56,926 bases of DNA from a virus. Lineage: Duplodnaviria; Caudoviricetes. A model generated the notes under the pieces. That model searched no databases. It saw nothing but the letters and a program-made list of their open reading frames with translations, and had not been told where the DNA came from. The DNA lies in IMG/VR virus record IMGVR_UViG_3300025120_000062, positions 1-56,926 of that record; one strand, 5' to 3'. The stretch's first letter is position 1; every line of letters starts with the position of its first letter. Positions 44,448 to 54,094 of the stretch are shown here, in pieces. The position numbers and the translations under genes are program-made.

Positions 44448-44639
44448 TCATGATAGATTTCTTCTTTTAAAAGATCTAGGAAATTCATTGTACTGTAGGT
44501 ATTCATTATAGGCCCACTGCCAATCACTACCATACTCTGATCTACAATAATTTTTAAGATCCTCATTAGGATTATTTTTAAAAAAAGTGCTAAAGAAGTT
44601 TAGGAAGTGGTTCTTAGCACTGTTTGTTAGATTCATCAT
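44448..44639 (-). CDS. small hypothetical protein
   Basis: 63 aa; YCRSEYGSDWQWAY motif. Confidence 0.6.
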   Translation of the reverse strand: MMNLTNSAKNHFLNFFSTFFKNNPNEDLKNYCRSEYGSDWQWAYNEYLQYNEFPRSFKRRNLS

Positions 44640-44690
44640 GCCCAGAATATAGGCTAAGAATGATTTTTTTACTTGTGTTATTTTGAGACG

Positions 44691-44864
44691 TCAGGCGTCT
44701 ATTTCTTTTAATCTCTCTTGAACAATTTTAGATATATCTTCGTGTAAAACTTTTAAGATACCTATGTCTATTTCGCAAGGATTACCTTGATTATCTTCAA
44801 GTTCTTTTATTTCATCTTTGGTATGACTGAGATACAGTTTACCATTCATATACAATATTCTCAT
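44691..44864 (-). CDS. small hypothetical protein (57 aa)
   Basis: MRILYMNGKLYLSHTKDEIKELED...; ATGA overlap with the upstream ORF. Confidence 0.55.
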   Translation of the reverse strand: MRILYMNGKLYLSHTKDEIKELEDNQGNPCEIDIGILKVLHEDISKIVQERLKEIDA

Positions 44865-45031
44865 TTATCATCATCACAAAGACATACTTTCTTTGCTTTA
44901 ATATCTTCTAATTCTTTATGAAGTTCACCATTAATTTTTCTATGAAATTCATTCAATTCTTTTTGATCTCGCAGCTGTTCTGTTAGCACAGCAATCGTTT
45001 CTTTTAGTCCATCTTTAGTTTCAATCATCAT
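44861..45031 (-). CDS. small coiled-coil protein (56 aa)
   Basis: MMIETKDGLKETIAVLTEQLRDQKELNEFHRKINGELHKE; GGAG RBS. Confidence 0.55.
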   Translation of the reverse strand: MMIETKDGLKETIAVLTEQLRDQKELNEFHRKINGELHKELEDIKAKKVCLCDDDK

Positions 45032-45047
45032 AATTTATACTCCATTC

Positions 45048-45170
45048 CTAATGTTTAAACTTATCTTTATCAAGTTCGTATTGCCGTGTTCCGATAACCC
45101 ATAACAAAAATAAAACAGCAAAGAGCTGTAAAATCACTACACCAAACAAAACGTAAACTATTACATTCAT
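45048..45170 (-). CDS. small membrane protein (40 aa)
   Basis: MNVIVYVLFGVVILQLFAVLFLLWVIG...; ATGA overlap. Confidence 0.5.
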   Translation of the reverse strand: MNVIVYVLFGVVILQLFAVLFLLWVIGTRQYELDKDKFKH

Positions 45171-45397
45171 AGGTATCTCATTTCTATTTCTGCTTCAGTT
45201 TCAATGACAACACGAGCTCCACAAGACAGTAAAGCTTTGTCATTACCACCATATCTTACACGAGAAGGACCATTGATAATCACCTCATGACAATAAGTAT
45301 TTTTCTTACCTTCTTTAATAGTGATAACAGGTTCATTCTCATTTTTCTTTTTATTACTTCTAATAATATGTTGATTAACGTGTATATATTTTTTCAC
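45167..45397 (-). CDS. conserved hypothetical phage protein
   Basis: KYIHVNQHIIRSN...LLSCGARVVIET. Confidence 0.7.
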   Translation of the reverse strand: MKKYIHVNQHIIRSNKKKNENEPVITIKEGKKNTYCHEVIINGPSRVRYGGNDKALLSCGARVVIETEAEIEMRYL

Positions 45398-46053
45398 TTA
45401 TCAATACCTTTACCAACATCTGTTCCGGGAACCTTGGATCGTAAATGAATATTAAAGGCCATAGATCGTCTTTCCCCTTCACTACGAAAAGGATAAACCT
45501 GGTGCGATAACCAACTAGGAAATAAATAGAGATCACCTATCTGTGGTTTCACGAGCCAAGAGTGTTTTGCAAATGTATTCGCAACACTACCTAAGAACTC
45601 AAGACAACCAACACTAGGATAATGATCTTCTCTTCTGTATTCTTCTTCGTAGTTAGGTGGCATCTTGAGAAAAAGAACTCCAGATAGCTGCGAATCATGA
45701 ATGTGAAGAGGATTAAAGTCTCCTGCATATTGACTAACAACCCATGAACTATAACTCATGATTGTTTTCTCAGGATCAAGTTGATTAGGAACTAATTTCA
45801 TAATGTATTCTGTTGCAAGTTTATTCACAACAACTTCTAGTCCTTTAACCTCAGCTAAAGACAAGGCTACTTCTTTTTTAACATTACCTGCTAAATTAGA
45901 ACTATAATCTAAATCATTAGATTTTTTATTGTCTTGTAAAATGGTATCTGCTTTTTCATTAACGGCATCTATTACCACTTGAGGTACAGAACTTTTTAAA
46001 ATTCTAGGTCCAAACGGAGTATAGATATCATATGATACTTGTTGATCTTTCAT
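45394..46053 (-). CDS. 2OG-Fe(II) oxygenase
   Basis: NPLHIHD...LSGVLFLKMP...LFPSWLSHQVYPF...ERRSMAFN (metal-binding His residues plus RxS). Confidence 0.8.
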   Translation of the reverse strand: MKDQQVSYDIYTPFGPRILKSSVPQVVIDAVNEKADTILQDNKKSNDLDYSSNLAGNVKKEVALSLAEVKGLEVVVNKLATEYIMKLVPNQLDPEKTIMSYSSWVVSQYAGDFNPLHIHDSQLSGVLFLKMPPNYEEEYRREDHYPSVGCLEFLGSVANTFAKHSWLVKPQIGDLYLFPSWLSHQVYPFRSEGERRSMAFNIHLRSKVPGTDVGKGIDK

Positions 46054-46067
46054 GTTATCCTTTCAAT

Positions 46068-46173
46068 GCCTGTCTCTCCAGGCCGTCACACCACTTCCTA
46101 TCTTTTGAGGGGTAAGGATTATCCATCTAGGTGTCAGACTTATGTGTCCCTTGTACTTCGGGATTCGGTCTAA
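46068..46173 (-). ncRNA. candidate multi-stem leader RNA upstream of the oxygenase
   Basis: GCCTG-GAGAGA-CAGGC hairpin plus ACACC/GGTGT, TTAGAC/GTCTGA and TCCC/GGGA pairings. Confidence 0.35.
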
Positions 46174-46642
46174 GAATATCTTCCTTTACAGAAAGAGTCT
46201 CAATTGTGTAATTAAGAGGAGGGATTGGTTTATGAAAGGAATTTCCAGGAGGATACTGTAAAAGTTCAGTCCAATCCCTGCTCTTAATTTTTTCTTGCAC
46301 TTCTTCAATAGCTGCTTGAGAAGATTCATGCAAAACTCTATAAGTATATGTATGTGTTTGTCTAACAACTACACTATACTTATCAATTTTTATTGTATCA
46401 TAAACTTTATCAGAAGGTTTTTTACCTAAATCTTTATATTCTTTTAAAAATTCTACAGCTTCTTGAAAATTATCGTCTGTAGTATCTTTTTCAATGTAGT
46501 GTAAAACACTCTCTATAGCCATATCTACGTTTTTTATTCTATATTCTTTATTCACGTTATTCCTTTCTAAATTAAAACAACCACAGTCCATACATGTCAT
46601 ACCTTTGTGTTCAATATGTAGACACTCAGGACATAAACTCAT
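46127..46642 (-). CDS. hypothetical protein with N-terminal CxxC-CxxCxC
   Basis: 171 aa; possible internal GTG start (VNKEY) after GAAAGGA. Confidence 0.55.
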   Translation of the reverse strand: MSLCPECLHIEHKGMTCMDCGCFNLERNNVNKEYRIKNVDMAIESVLHYIEKDTTDDNFQEAVEFLKEYKDLGKKPSDKVYDTIKIDKYSVVVRQTHTYTYRVLHESSQAAIEEVQEKIKSRDWTELLQYPPGNSFHKPIPPLNYTIETLSVKEDILRPNPEVQGTHKSDT

Positions 46643-46794
46643 TTTATTTTAATGTTTCTATCTTCACACTCTTTGATACATAAATATTCAATAACTTTAC
46701 CTACAGATCTATAATCTTCGGCACCTAGTTTTTGTAACATTTCCCAAATCCCTAGCTTAACAGCTACTGATTTGTATTTTGTTATGTCTGTCAT
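46639..46794 (-). CDS. ribbon-helix-helix DNA-binding protein (51 aa)
   Basis: MTDITKYKSVAVKLGIWEMLQKLGAEDYRSVGKVIEYL; alternating beta strand plus two helices; AGGAG RBS. Confidence 0.6.
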   Translation of the reverse strand: MTDITKYKSVAVKLGIWEMLQKLGAEDYRSVGKVIEYLCIKECEDRNIKIK

Positions 46795-46902
46795 TTATTA
46801 CTCCTAAAATAATATTGTTAATACTATGATGATAAACAATATTGGTTTCCAAAGTAATATACCTAAAGCTAGATACAACAATATATTCATACATCAACCC
46901 AT

Positions 46903-46931
46903 TTTATACTGGATTTTATGGGAGAAGTCAA
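46903..46931 (-). promoter_or_regulatory. sigma70-type promoter
   Basis: TTGACT-17bp-TATAAA flanked by CCCA...TGGGA half-sites. Confidence 0.6.
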
Positions 46932-47104
46932 TGTAAAGTCCTATCTATATCCATATCTGGTTCAAATTCTACTGTTTGTTCTATATAAAGAACAGCATCA
47001 CAAACAGGACAACTGTATAAATTTTTAGATTTATCAATCTTTATAGGTTCAATTTCTTCTTCACAAGCAGCACATTGAGTTATTATTTGTTTATTGTTCC
47101 CCAT
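46928..47104 (-). CDS. small zinc-ribbon protein (58 aa)
   Basis: CAAC...CPVC; overlaps the polA stop. Confidence 0.55.
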   Translation of the reverse strand: MGNNKQIITQCAACEEEIEPIKIDKSKNLYSCPVCDAVLYIEQTVEFEPDMDIDRTLH

Positions 47105-48960
47105 GATTTACCTATCTTTGGTTCTACCTTACTCGGTACTTCTAGTTGTATACAATTTTCCATAATGTCTTTAACTTGTTGTATCATTTTATCATCTGTT
47201 ACAGACACATTCAATTCATCATGAACTTGGATATGTGGTATAATACCTGCTTTATAAACCTCTATCATAGCTTTTTTTGTTTGATCAGCTGCACTACCTT
47301 GTATTAATTTATTCAAAGCTTTGTATATAAATGCTCGTTTTAAATTACTACCATACTTTCTAATAGCATCATCTCTAGGTAATGCTTTATGTACACCCCA
47401 TTTGGTAGGTTCCCACAAATCAAAATGACATATACGACCTAATATTGTTCTTACTTGACCATTATCATTAGCAGATTTACTAGCTAAACCCATAAGTTGT
47501 TTTACAAAAGGCACACGAGAGTGATATTTATTAAACAATTCTTTTGTATCATCTTCACCTATACCAAGTTGACTTCCTAATTTTTTCATACCCATACCAT
47601 AGAACAATCCGAGGTTCACGGTCTTAGCTACCTTTCTCTCTATCCCTGCAATATTACCTGCAATCTGGTGAAAGTCTGTATTAGCATCATTATTATAAGC
47701 ATCAACAAATTCATCAGCACCATCTAATCCACCATGCGTTAGAGCTGCAAAATGTACGACAAGTCTTGGTTCTTGCTGTGAATAATCAAAACTACCCCAC
47801 TTAGTACCTTCCTCTGGAATAAATAAAGATCTTATCATAGGACCAATCTTTTCATTACGTGCGGGTATTTGTTGTAAGTTTGGATTAGACATACTCAAAC
47901 GTCCTGTAATCGTACCACCTTGATCAGATTTTAATTGATTAATCTCACCGTGAATACGACCATTTGTTTCGTGTTTAAGTAGGGAATCTATAAAAGTAGA
48001 ACGAGCTTTAAATAACTCTCTAGCTTCTACGATTTTACTAGAAAATGGATCATTTAGTGTAGCTAAAAAATTTTTATCAAAACTTGGCAAACCACTTGGA
48101 GTTTTGTTATACTGTATACCCTTTTTATCAAACGCTTTAGCAACAGAAGTAGGAGCAAAAACCTCTACTTCAAAACCAACTTCTTTTTTTAAATCACGAA
48201 GAATAATATTCTCTTCTTTTTGTATTTGTTTTTTTAAATTATTTGCTTTTTCTAAATCTATTCTTACACCATTCCATTTCATAGCCACAAGCACAGGTAA
48301 TAGTTCTGTTTCCAAATCAAATATACTGTTAAGTTCTTGTCTATTTATTTCTATTCTTAGTGCTTTCCAGAGCCTAAGAGTCATGGCAGCATCTTGCTCT
48401 GCGTAAGGACCAACATATTGTACAGGTAATTTATACATCTCAGCTTTAGCATCGACTTGCCAGGCTTGTGCAGCTTCATACAATAAAGATTCATCTTTCT
48501 TTTCTTGTATATAATCACGTGCAACCGCATTTAAGTTGTACTGACCTGGCATTCTATTCTCATCAACAACAGCCGCAGCTATCATTGTATCAATACATCG
48601 ACCTTTAACTTCTACACCCCATCTTTTCAACCAACCTAAATCATAACTTGCATTATGAAATATTTTGTCAGCATCATTTTTTAGAAGTTCTGATAATTGA
48701 TTTCTTAAACCTTCTTCGTCAAAGTTACCACCACCTTCGTGTCGTACAGGAAAATATCCCTTCCAACCATCTACAGCGATAGCTACACCTGCTACATGAC
48801 CTCTACCTGTAGCCCACCCTGGTCCGGTGTCCTTTATACCTGGATCGTAAGTTTCTAAATCTATAGCAATTTCTTTAGCATCTGATAAATCAGGCAAGCT
48901 TTGAGGTACTACCCATTCTTTCGGTGGTTCAAATAATGGTCTTTGTGTCGACATACTCAA
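47083..48960 (-). CDS. polA: family A DNA polymerase (3'-5' exonuclease + polymerase)
   Basis: DLET, FHNASYD, YAEQD; motif A DYSQQEPR, motif B KTVNLGLFYG, motif C QVHDEL. Confidence 0.95.
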   Translation of the reverse strand: MSMSTQRPLFEPPKEWVVPQSLPDLSDAKEIAIDLETYDPGIKDTGPGWATGRGHVAGVAIAVDGWKGYFPVRHEGGGNFDEEGLRNQLSELLKNDADKIFHNASYDLGWLKRWGVEVKGRCIDTMIAAAVVDENRMPGQYNLNAVARDYIQEKKDESLLYEAAQAWQVDAKAEMYKLPVQYVGPYAEQDAAMTLRLWKALRIEINRQELNSIFDLETELLPVLVAMKWNGVRIDLEKANNLKKQIQKEENIILRDLKKEVGFEVEVFAPTSVAKAFDKKGIQYNKTPSGLPSFDKNFLATLNDPFSSKIVEARELFKARSTFIDSLLKHETNGRIHGEINQLKSDQGGTITGRLSMSNPNLQQIPARNEKIGPMIRSLFIPEEGTKWGSFDYSQQEPRLVVHFAALTHGGLDGADEFVDAYNNDANTDFHQIAGNIAGIERKVAKTVNLGLFYGMGMKKLGSQLGIGEDDTKELFNKYHSRVPFVKQLMGLASKSANDNGQVRTILGRICHFDLWEPTKWGVHKALPRDDAIRKYGSNLKRAFIYKALNKLIQGSAADQTKKAMIEVYKAGIIPHIQVHDELNVSVTDDKMIQQVKDIMENCIQLEVPSKVEPKIGKSWGTINK

Positions 48961-49207
48961 TTCTCACTTTCATTTTTTTCTGTGTAGGATTTAAATGCCT
49001 ACTAATTTTAGTGCCTTTGTTTTTTCCAGTCTTTCTTCTTGATATACTTTTTACATCTATAAGTTTACATACTCCATTTTTATCTACAACAACTAAATCA
49101 AACGGACATAGAGGATCAGATGATCGAGCTACATAAAAACCTTTACTAATATATTTAATCATAATTAATAGTTCACCGACAACACCTTTAGCTGATTTAT
49201 GATTCAA
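48929..49207 (-). CDS. small PD-(D/E)XK endonuclease
   Basis: GVVGE...PFDLVV...IDVKS. Confidence 0.65.
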   Translation of the reverse strand: MNHKSAKGVVGELLIMIKYISKGFYVARSSDPLCPFDLVVVDKNGVCKLIDVKSISRRKTGKNKGTKISRHLNPTQKKMKVRIEYVDTKTII

Positions 49208-50742
49208 TGAAAGGCCTCGTAAAACTCTCTATCTGTTTCAGATCTAACAAGATGTAAAGCTTTTTTAGCCCTTGTCATACCTACATAAAATACTCTTCTC
49301 TCATCATCTGGATTATTAAAATACGACTCATCAGCTTTTCTAGGTAGATCTGTTAATAACATAACATTGTCAGCCTCTCCACCTTTAGCTCCATGTATTG
49401 TAGATAGGTTGATCCGTGGTTCAAGATTCAAGTTTTCTTTACGACGAAGCAAAGCAATAATATATGCAACCTCTCTTAATGGCATACGATCTAACGCTTG
49501 ATGCCATATTTTATGCTCAGGTATCATTAAACCGTATTTTTTCACTAAGTCTTCATGAGTGTAAAGAGACTCTGGATCTGCGTTAGGCATAGTCTTAAAA
49601 CCATACTTTACACCTCTATTTACAGACATATAATGATAGATAGCATTAACATTATCCAATGATATAGCCTGTTTTCTTTTCGTAAGATCTGTCCAAGCAT
49701 TAATAGCCTTTAATTTTTTAGCACTAACAGAAGGTATACCATACATAGAATAATAAAAACCCCGTAGTCTCATCTCTTCCGCTAATTGTTCTAAAGTGTA
49801 GTTATCTCTTGTCATAACAAGCCATTGTCCCTTATCCATTTTTGCATACACAGCAGCTCTCATGGTATGAAAATGTAACTCACCCTTCTCTTCACCTTTA
49901 GGTTTCCATACCTTAGGGATTCTATTATCTATTTTGTTAATTAATTTTGTAGCAATCTCATGAATACGAGGTGGTACACGATATGACTTATCTAAAATAT
50001 ATCGTTCACCATGTAGTCCTATAAGATCTTGTGGATTAGCTCCTGCCCATTTAAAAATAGATTGATCGTCATCACCTGCTACATAAATCCTAGCAGCTTT
50101 ATCCATTATTTTTTTAACCATAGCCCATTGTATAGGTAACAGATCCTGTGCTTCATCAATAATAAATACATCAAACTTTGGAACTATCTCTTCATTTGTA
50201 CTTTCATTAAATTCTATAATCATGTCAGTAAAATCAAAAAGCTTTCTTGATTTTTTGTAATCTGTAATACCGTCAGCTATATATTTTAACTTCATCCAAC
50301 CACCTTCTAAATGTCCAACTTCTTGAAACTGTTGTTTGAGAGTTATGTTACGAACCCTTGCCATATCTACAATCTTAGCAAAGATATCGTCTTGCAATTG
50401 AAAACCAAATGTATCCATCTTACGATTTGTATTAGAAAGTTTGATACCTAGTAAATCAGATAGCTCTCTAAAATGCTCATCCTTCATAACATCGTTCTTA
50501 GTCAGTCCTAATTGTCTAAACGCTAAACTATGTAATGTTCTAAAATACATAAAATCTTTTTTTTCTAAATGCTGAAACCTACTCATAGCCCTGGTCCGTG
50601 CTTCATTGGCAGCTTTTACTGTATAAGCAAAGTAACCAATACGTGTAGGATCTGTGCCTTCTGCTAATTCTTCTTCTATTCTTCTTAATAAATATTCTGT
50701 TTTACCTGTCCCTGGTGGACCTAAAATTATTTTAGTTTCCAT
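49204..50742 (-). CDS. UvrD/Rep-like SF1 helicase
   Basis: GPPGTGKT, IIDEAQD, AGDDDQSIF, STIHGAKGGEAD, FYVGMTRA. Confidence 0.9.
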   Translation of the reverse strand: METKIILGPPGTGKTEYLLRRIEEELAEGTDPTRIGYFAYTVKAANEARTRAMSRFQHLEKKDFMYFRTLHSLAFRQLGLTKNDVMKDEHFRELSDLLGIKLSNTNRKMDTFGFQLQDDIFAKIVDMARVRNITLKQQFQEVGHLEGGWMKLKYIADGITDYKKSRKLFDFTDMIIEFNESTNEEIVPKFDVFIIDEAQDLLPIQWAMVKKIMDKAARIYVAGDDDQSIFKWAGANPQDLIGLHGERYILDKSYRVPPRIHEIATKLINKIDNRIPKVWKPKGEEKGELHFHTMRAAVYAKMDKGQWLVMTRDNYTLEQLAEEMRLRGFYYSMYGIPSVSAKKLKAINAWTDLTKRKQAISLDNVNAIYHYMSVNRGVKYGFKTMPNADPESLYTHEDLVKKYGLMIPEHKIWHQALDRMPLREVAYIIALLRRKENLNLEPRINLSTIHGAKGGEADNVMLLTDLPRKADESYFNNPDDERRVFYVGMTRAKKALHLVRSETDREFYEAFH

Positions 50743-52286
50743 TAGAACGGTGTCTTTGATGTTAAATCAGGTATAGGTAAATCACTTATATCTTTTTTGT
50801 CTAGCTCCTTAAATTTATTCGGTATGTACCACAAATGATATGACTTACCCCTGATCTTTTTCTTTGTGGAATCACCGTCAAGTTCTCTAATTCTTGCACA
50901 CATTTGTGTGGAACTAAAATTAGTAAAACGTTTTTTATTTAAATAATTTTCTAATGATGTAAGCCTAAAATAAGTTACTTCTTCGTCCTCAGGGGTCCAA
51001 GCTTTGTCTATAAGTATCTCATCAATCGTCATAGCTTCACCCTGATCAGATAAAAAAGATTCTAGGTAGTTATCAAATCTACCTACTTTTGTTACTTCTT
51101 CAGGCATTTCTATAACCTCAACTACTGCAAGTAAACTTTGTATTCGAGCATCCCAATCACGAGCTGCCATTTTATTAGGTAAAACATTTAAAGTATTCAT
51201 ACAAGCTTTTCTAAACTTAGCTTGATCAAAAAACTCATCTGTACCTATACAAAGTCTTCGGCCATCAACATTTAAAAACCAAACAGATTCATCTGACTCA
51301 TACTTTGTTAAATCCGTGACAGTATGATTATAGTCATTCCCAATACCATATTGTCTAGACTTACACAAAGATGCATTACAGACAGAACACATAGGTTGGT
51401 CTTTACATTTAAATTGATAATCTTTTTTTTCATGCTGACTAATTGTTTTTAATACTTGTTTAGAAGGCAGGATAGGGTCCATAAACTTATGATTAAAAGA
51501 ATCTAATTGATCTTGCCATTCTTCAGGCCATTTCTTTTTAGCATAGACAGCGTATTGATACAAAGTATTATCTCTACCACCCTCTGGTATTTTCTCATTC
51601 ATAAGATGCTCTAAACACGGAGGACCATCAAACCCTGTTGAAGTTGCCTTCTTTGTTGTAGAAAGTTTTTTTAAATCAGCTTCTGTCAAAGCATGTGTAT
51701 TATGTAACTTAAAAAATTCTAATAATGTGTATGGTTTACCATCTTTTGTAATTGCAAATCTTTGTGTAATCTCAGGATTACTGCCACCAAAATAAGGCAG
51801 GTTAAGAAAGTTACCTGTATCACCACGATCTGCTCTAATTTCTATTTGTTTGGGAAATATTTCACAGTTAGCAAAACCAAGAAAAGCTGCAAAATCTGAT
51901 AGTTTTTCTCTCATAAGTTGTGCTGTTACAGCTTCCTTAGTAAAAATAAATATATGTGCTCCACCTGACTTAGATCTACAAACTATTAAAGGCAGAGACT
52001 TTGATTGAATTTTTTGTACAAGTTCTTTTAAGTTAAGAGGATACATATCAACATCAATACATCCCCAATAACATTTAGAATCATCCATAATAGGAATGAT
52101 ACCCAAACTAGGTTGTTTACCTTCTAAGTGATCTAACCACATTTGATCTGTAATCTGACCTTTAGTTATGTAAGCTTTACCACCTTGCTTGCCATTTTCT
52201 TTTTGTTCTCCTGCTCTATACTGACCATAGGCTCTGTCTAAGCCTCTAAAAATACTTTTAAATGTAGCAAGATCATATATTTCCAT
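50742..52286 (-). CDS. primase (AEP/prim-pol-like with PriCT-like domain)
   Basis: CIDVD, RSKSGGAH, GNFLNLPY, PPCL...EGGRDN; Cys cluster. Confidence 0.75.
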   Translation of the reverse strand: MEIYDLATFKSIFRGLDRAYGQYRAGEQKENGKQGGKAYITKGQITDQMWLDHLEGKQPSLGIIPIMDDSKCYWGCIDVDMYPLNLKELVQKIQSKSLPLIVCRSKSGGAHIFIFTKEAVTAQLMREKLSDFAAFLGFANCEIFPKQIEIRADRGDTGNFLNLPYFGGSNPEITQRFAITKDGKPYTLLEFFKLHNTHALTEADLKKLSTTKKATSTGFDGPPCLEHLMNEKIPEGGRDNTLYQYAVYAKKKWPEEWQDQLDSFNHKFMDPILPSKQVLKTISQHEKKDYQFKCKDQPMCSVCNASLCKSRQYGIGNDYNHTVTDLTKYESDESVWFLNVDGRRLCIGTDEFFDQAKFRKACMNTLNVLPNKMAARDWDARIQSLLAVVEVIEMPEEVTKVGRFDNYLESFLSDQGEAMTIDEILIDKAWTPEDEEVTYFRLTSLENYLNKKRFTNFSSTQMCARIRELDGDSTKKKIRGKSYHLWYIPNKFKELDKKDISDLPIPDLTSKTPF

Positions 52287-52301
52287 TGTTATAAATTTCT
52301 T

Positions 52302-52323
52302 AAAAAAGGGGGCCGAAGCCCCC
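52302..52323 (-). terminator. rho-independent terminator with cUUCGg loop
   Basis: GGGGGC-TTCG-GCCCCC-TTTTTT after the putative SSB gene. Confidence 0.8.
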
Positions 52324-52333
52324 TAGATCAAAA

Positions 52334-53116
52334 TTAGAATGGTGTGTTGCCATCTGTATTAGAAGTAGAAGCTTGATCCATTTCTGGTTTTGCCTGTACA
52401 GTACCCGCTTTTACACTTTGTGCGAAATCTTTCGCATCATTGTAAGCTTGTTGATCCGTAACAGGTCCTTCAAGTTCTATATTCCAACCAAACCATGAGC
52501 CTTGATTGTTTTTTTCTTTAACAACCGTAAGCTTATAAGTATGACTAAACCAAGGTGGATTAAAGGAACCTTTAGATCCCTGGATTCTAAGATTTAACAT
52601 CGTAGAGTTCCACCTACGGCTTTTCTTTAGCTGTGTGCTCTTCATAGTGATAAGAGCAGGAGTTCCAATGCCTGTCTCTTTGTTATAAAGAATGACAAAA
52701 TAGTTTGCATTTGTCTCAATATAATTACCATTTTCAAGCATATCTTTATTTTTAGAGTTACGAGTAGTCTTAGTTAAGATATCGCTATCTGCCTTAAAGA
52801 TATTAACAGGAGCGCCACTTCCTGTTTCCCTTTCTTCCCATTCTACGTACTGTCTTTCATAGCCACAAGGTATCACCACAATACCTTCTTTGCCATCAAA
52901 GGCTTCGCCTGTAACAGTATTAAAAATCTGACCTGGCTTGAGTGCATCATTAGCATCAAGTTCATCAGAACCATTCATGAGAATTTTCAACCTAGGTGTT
53001 GCTAGATCATCTTGTGTTAACCCTGCTTGAGTTAACGAAGCATCTTCCTCAAAGATATTTGCGGGAAGGCCTGCCTCAGGCTTTTTTGCAACTGCGTTGC
53101 TTTTGGTTTCCGTCAT
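52334..53116 (-). CDS. putative single-stranded DNA-binding protein
   Basis: DDLATPRLKIL...MKSTQLKKSRRWN...GSWFGW; C-terminal tail ending PF; replication-module context. Confidence 0.6.
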   Translation of the reverse strand: MTETKSNAVAKKPEAGLPANIFEEDASLTQAGLTQDDLATPRLKILMNGSDELDANDALKPGQIFNTVTGEAFDGKEGIVVIPCGYERQYVEWEERETGSGAPVNIFKADSDILTKTTRNSKNKDMLENGNYIETNANYFVILYNKETGIGTPALITMKSTQLKKSRRWNSTMLNLRIQGSKGSFNPPWFSHTYKLTVVKEKNNQGSWFGWNIELEGPVTDQQAYNDAKDFAQSVKAGTVQAKPEMDQASTSNTDGNTPF

Positions 53117-53135
53117 TCGTTTGTCCTTTCAACGA

Positions 53136-53690
53136 TTATTTAATTGTCTTTTTTTGCACTAGTTTTGTTTTGTTGGCCACGTGCACTCCAAATTCATCAG
53201 GCAAAGAAACACCTTTTTTGTGTTGCTCTGAGACGAATGCTTTCATAGTTTGGTAGTGTACATCTTCTTTTTCTGTACACGCCATTCCTAAATCTTGTAT
53301 AGCAGTTTTGAGTTTAGCTGCTTCTGCATCTTCACCCATACCAAATGTTACTGCAACATTGTTTTTAATTAAGTCACCATGTCCTTGGTCCCTTAACCAA
53401 CCATATACATACTCTCTATTTTTTACAAGTACGCCTGGTTTAATATCTTCAAAAACTTTTACTTCTGTTCCGTTGTCCAAGGTTACACTTTGTAAACCCT
53501 TTTCAGCTAGGAACTGTGGTATATCTTCTTCAGATAATATTCTAGCCTGCTCTTTATATTTTTTTAATGCTTCTTCAGTACGTTCAATAATACCTTCAAC
53601 ATTCTCAAGAGACTTACATTTTTCTGCTAGTGCTTTTAGTGAAGTATCTGTGACTTCTTGGAAAGAATCTTCCTCAAAGTTTATTGCCAT
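53136..53690 (-). CDS. conserved replication-module protein
   Basis: coiled coil plus WLRDQGHGDLIKN...VHYQTMKAFV; likely start MAINF. Confidence 0.65.
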   Translation of the reverse strand: MAINFEEDSFQEVTDTSLKALAEKCKSLENVEGIIERTEEALKKYKEQARILSEEDIPQFLAEKGLQSVTLDNGTEVKVFEDIKPGVLVKNREYVYGWLRDQGHGDLIKNNVAVTFGMGEDAEAAKLKTAIQDLGMACTEKEDVHYQTMKAFVSEQHKKGVSLPDEFGVHVANKTKLVQKKTIK

Positions 53691-54012
53691 CTTTGTCATT
53701 CTCATTTCTCCTTGTGTTAATTTCTATAGGAAAATACTTTTCTCTTCTCCTATCCCACTTTAAAACTTTAAAGCGTCCCATATTTATATCAGAAGCTACG
53801 GCACATGCAATACCTATTATACTTGGATCACCAATCAATAACAAATAATCATTGTCGTTAAAGTCTTTTAGAACTTTTTTTATTTTTTCAGTTATTGGAT
53901 TTGGACTCAATAATAATTGAAGACCTGGATCTACTACAGCTTTTAAGTCGCCATATTCCTCAGCACTGAGGACATCCTTATAAGGCATTTCTTGGATTAC
54001 ATATACAGTCAT
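53674..54012 (-). CDS. conserved hypothetical protein
   Basis: MTVYVIQE...AEEYG...DYLLLIGDP...LKWDR; likely start 54012. Confidence 0.65.
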   Translation of the reverse strand: MTVYVIQEMPYKDVLSAEEYGDLKAVVDPGLQLLLSPNPITEKIKKVLKDFNDNDYLLLIGDPSIIGIACAVASDINMGRFKVLKWDRRREKYFPIEINTRRNENDKDGNKL

Positions 54013-54029
54013 TCTATTTTTCTTTTTCA

Positions 54030-54068
54030 AACTTAACACTTGATTTTTATTTTTGCAAGGATTATATT
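54030..54068. promoter_or_regulatory. overlapping divergent sigma70-type promoters
   Basis: plus strand TTGATT(54040)-17-TATATT; minus strand TTGCAA(54058)-17-TAAGTT. Confidence 0.55.
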
Positions 54069-54094
54069 TATGGGAGAAATTGGAGAATATAGAA

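Noticed and set aside
44431-44655. TGCCCA...ATATAGG on both sides of ORF 44448..44639 as insertion scars
   Set aside because: The match is short and imperfect, and could be chance or operator-like half-sites.
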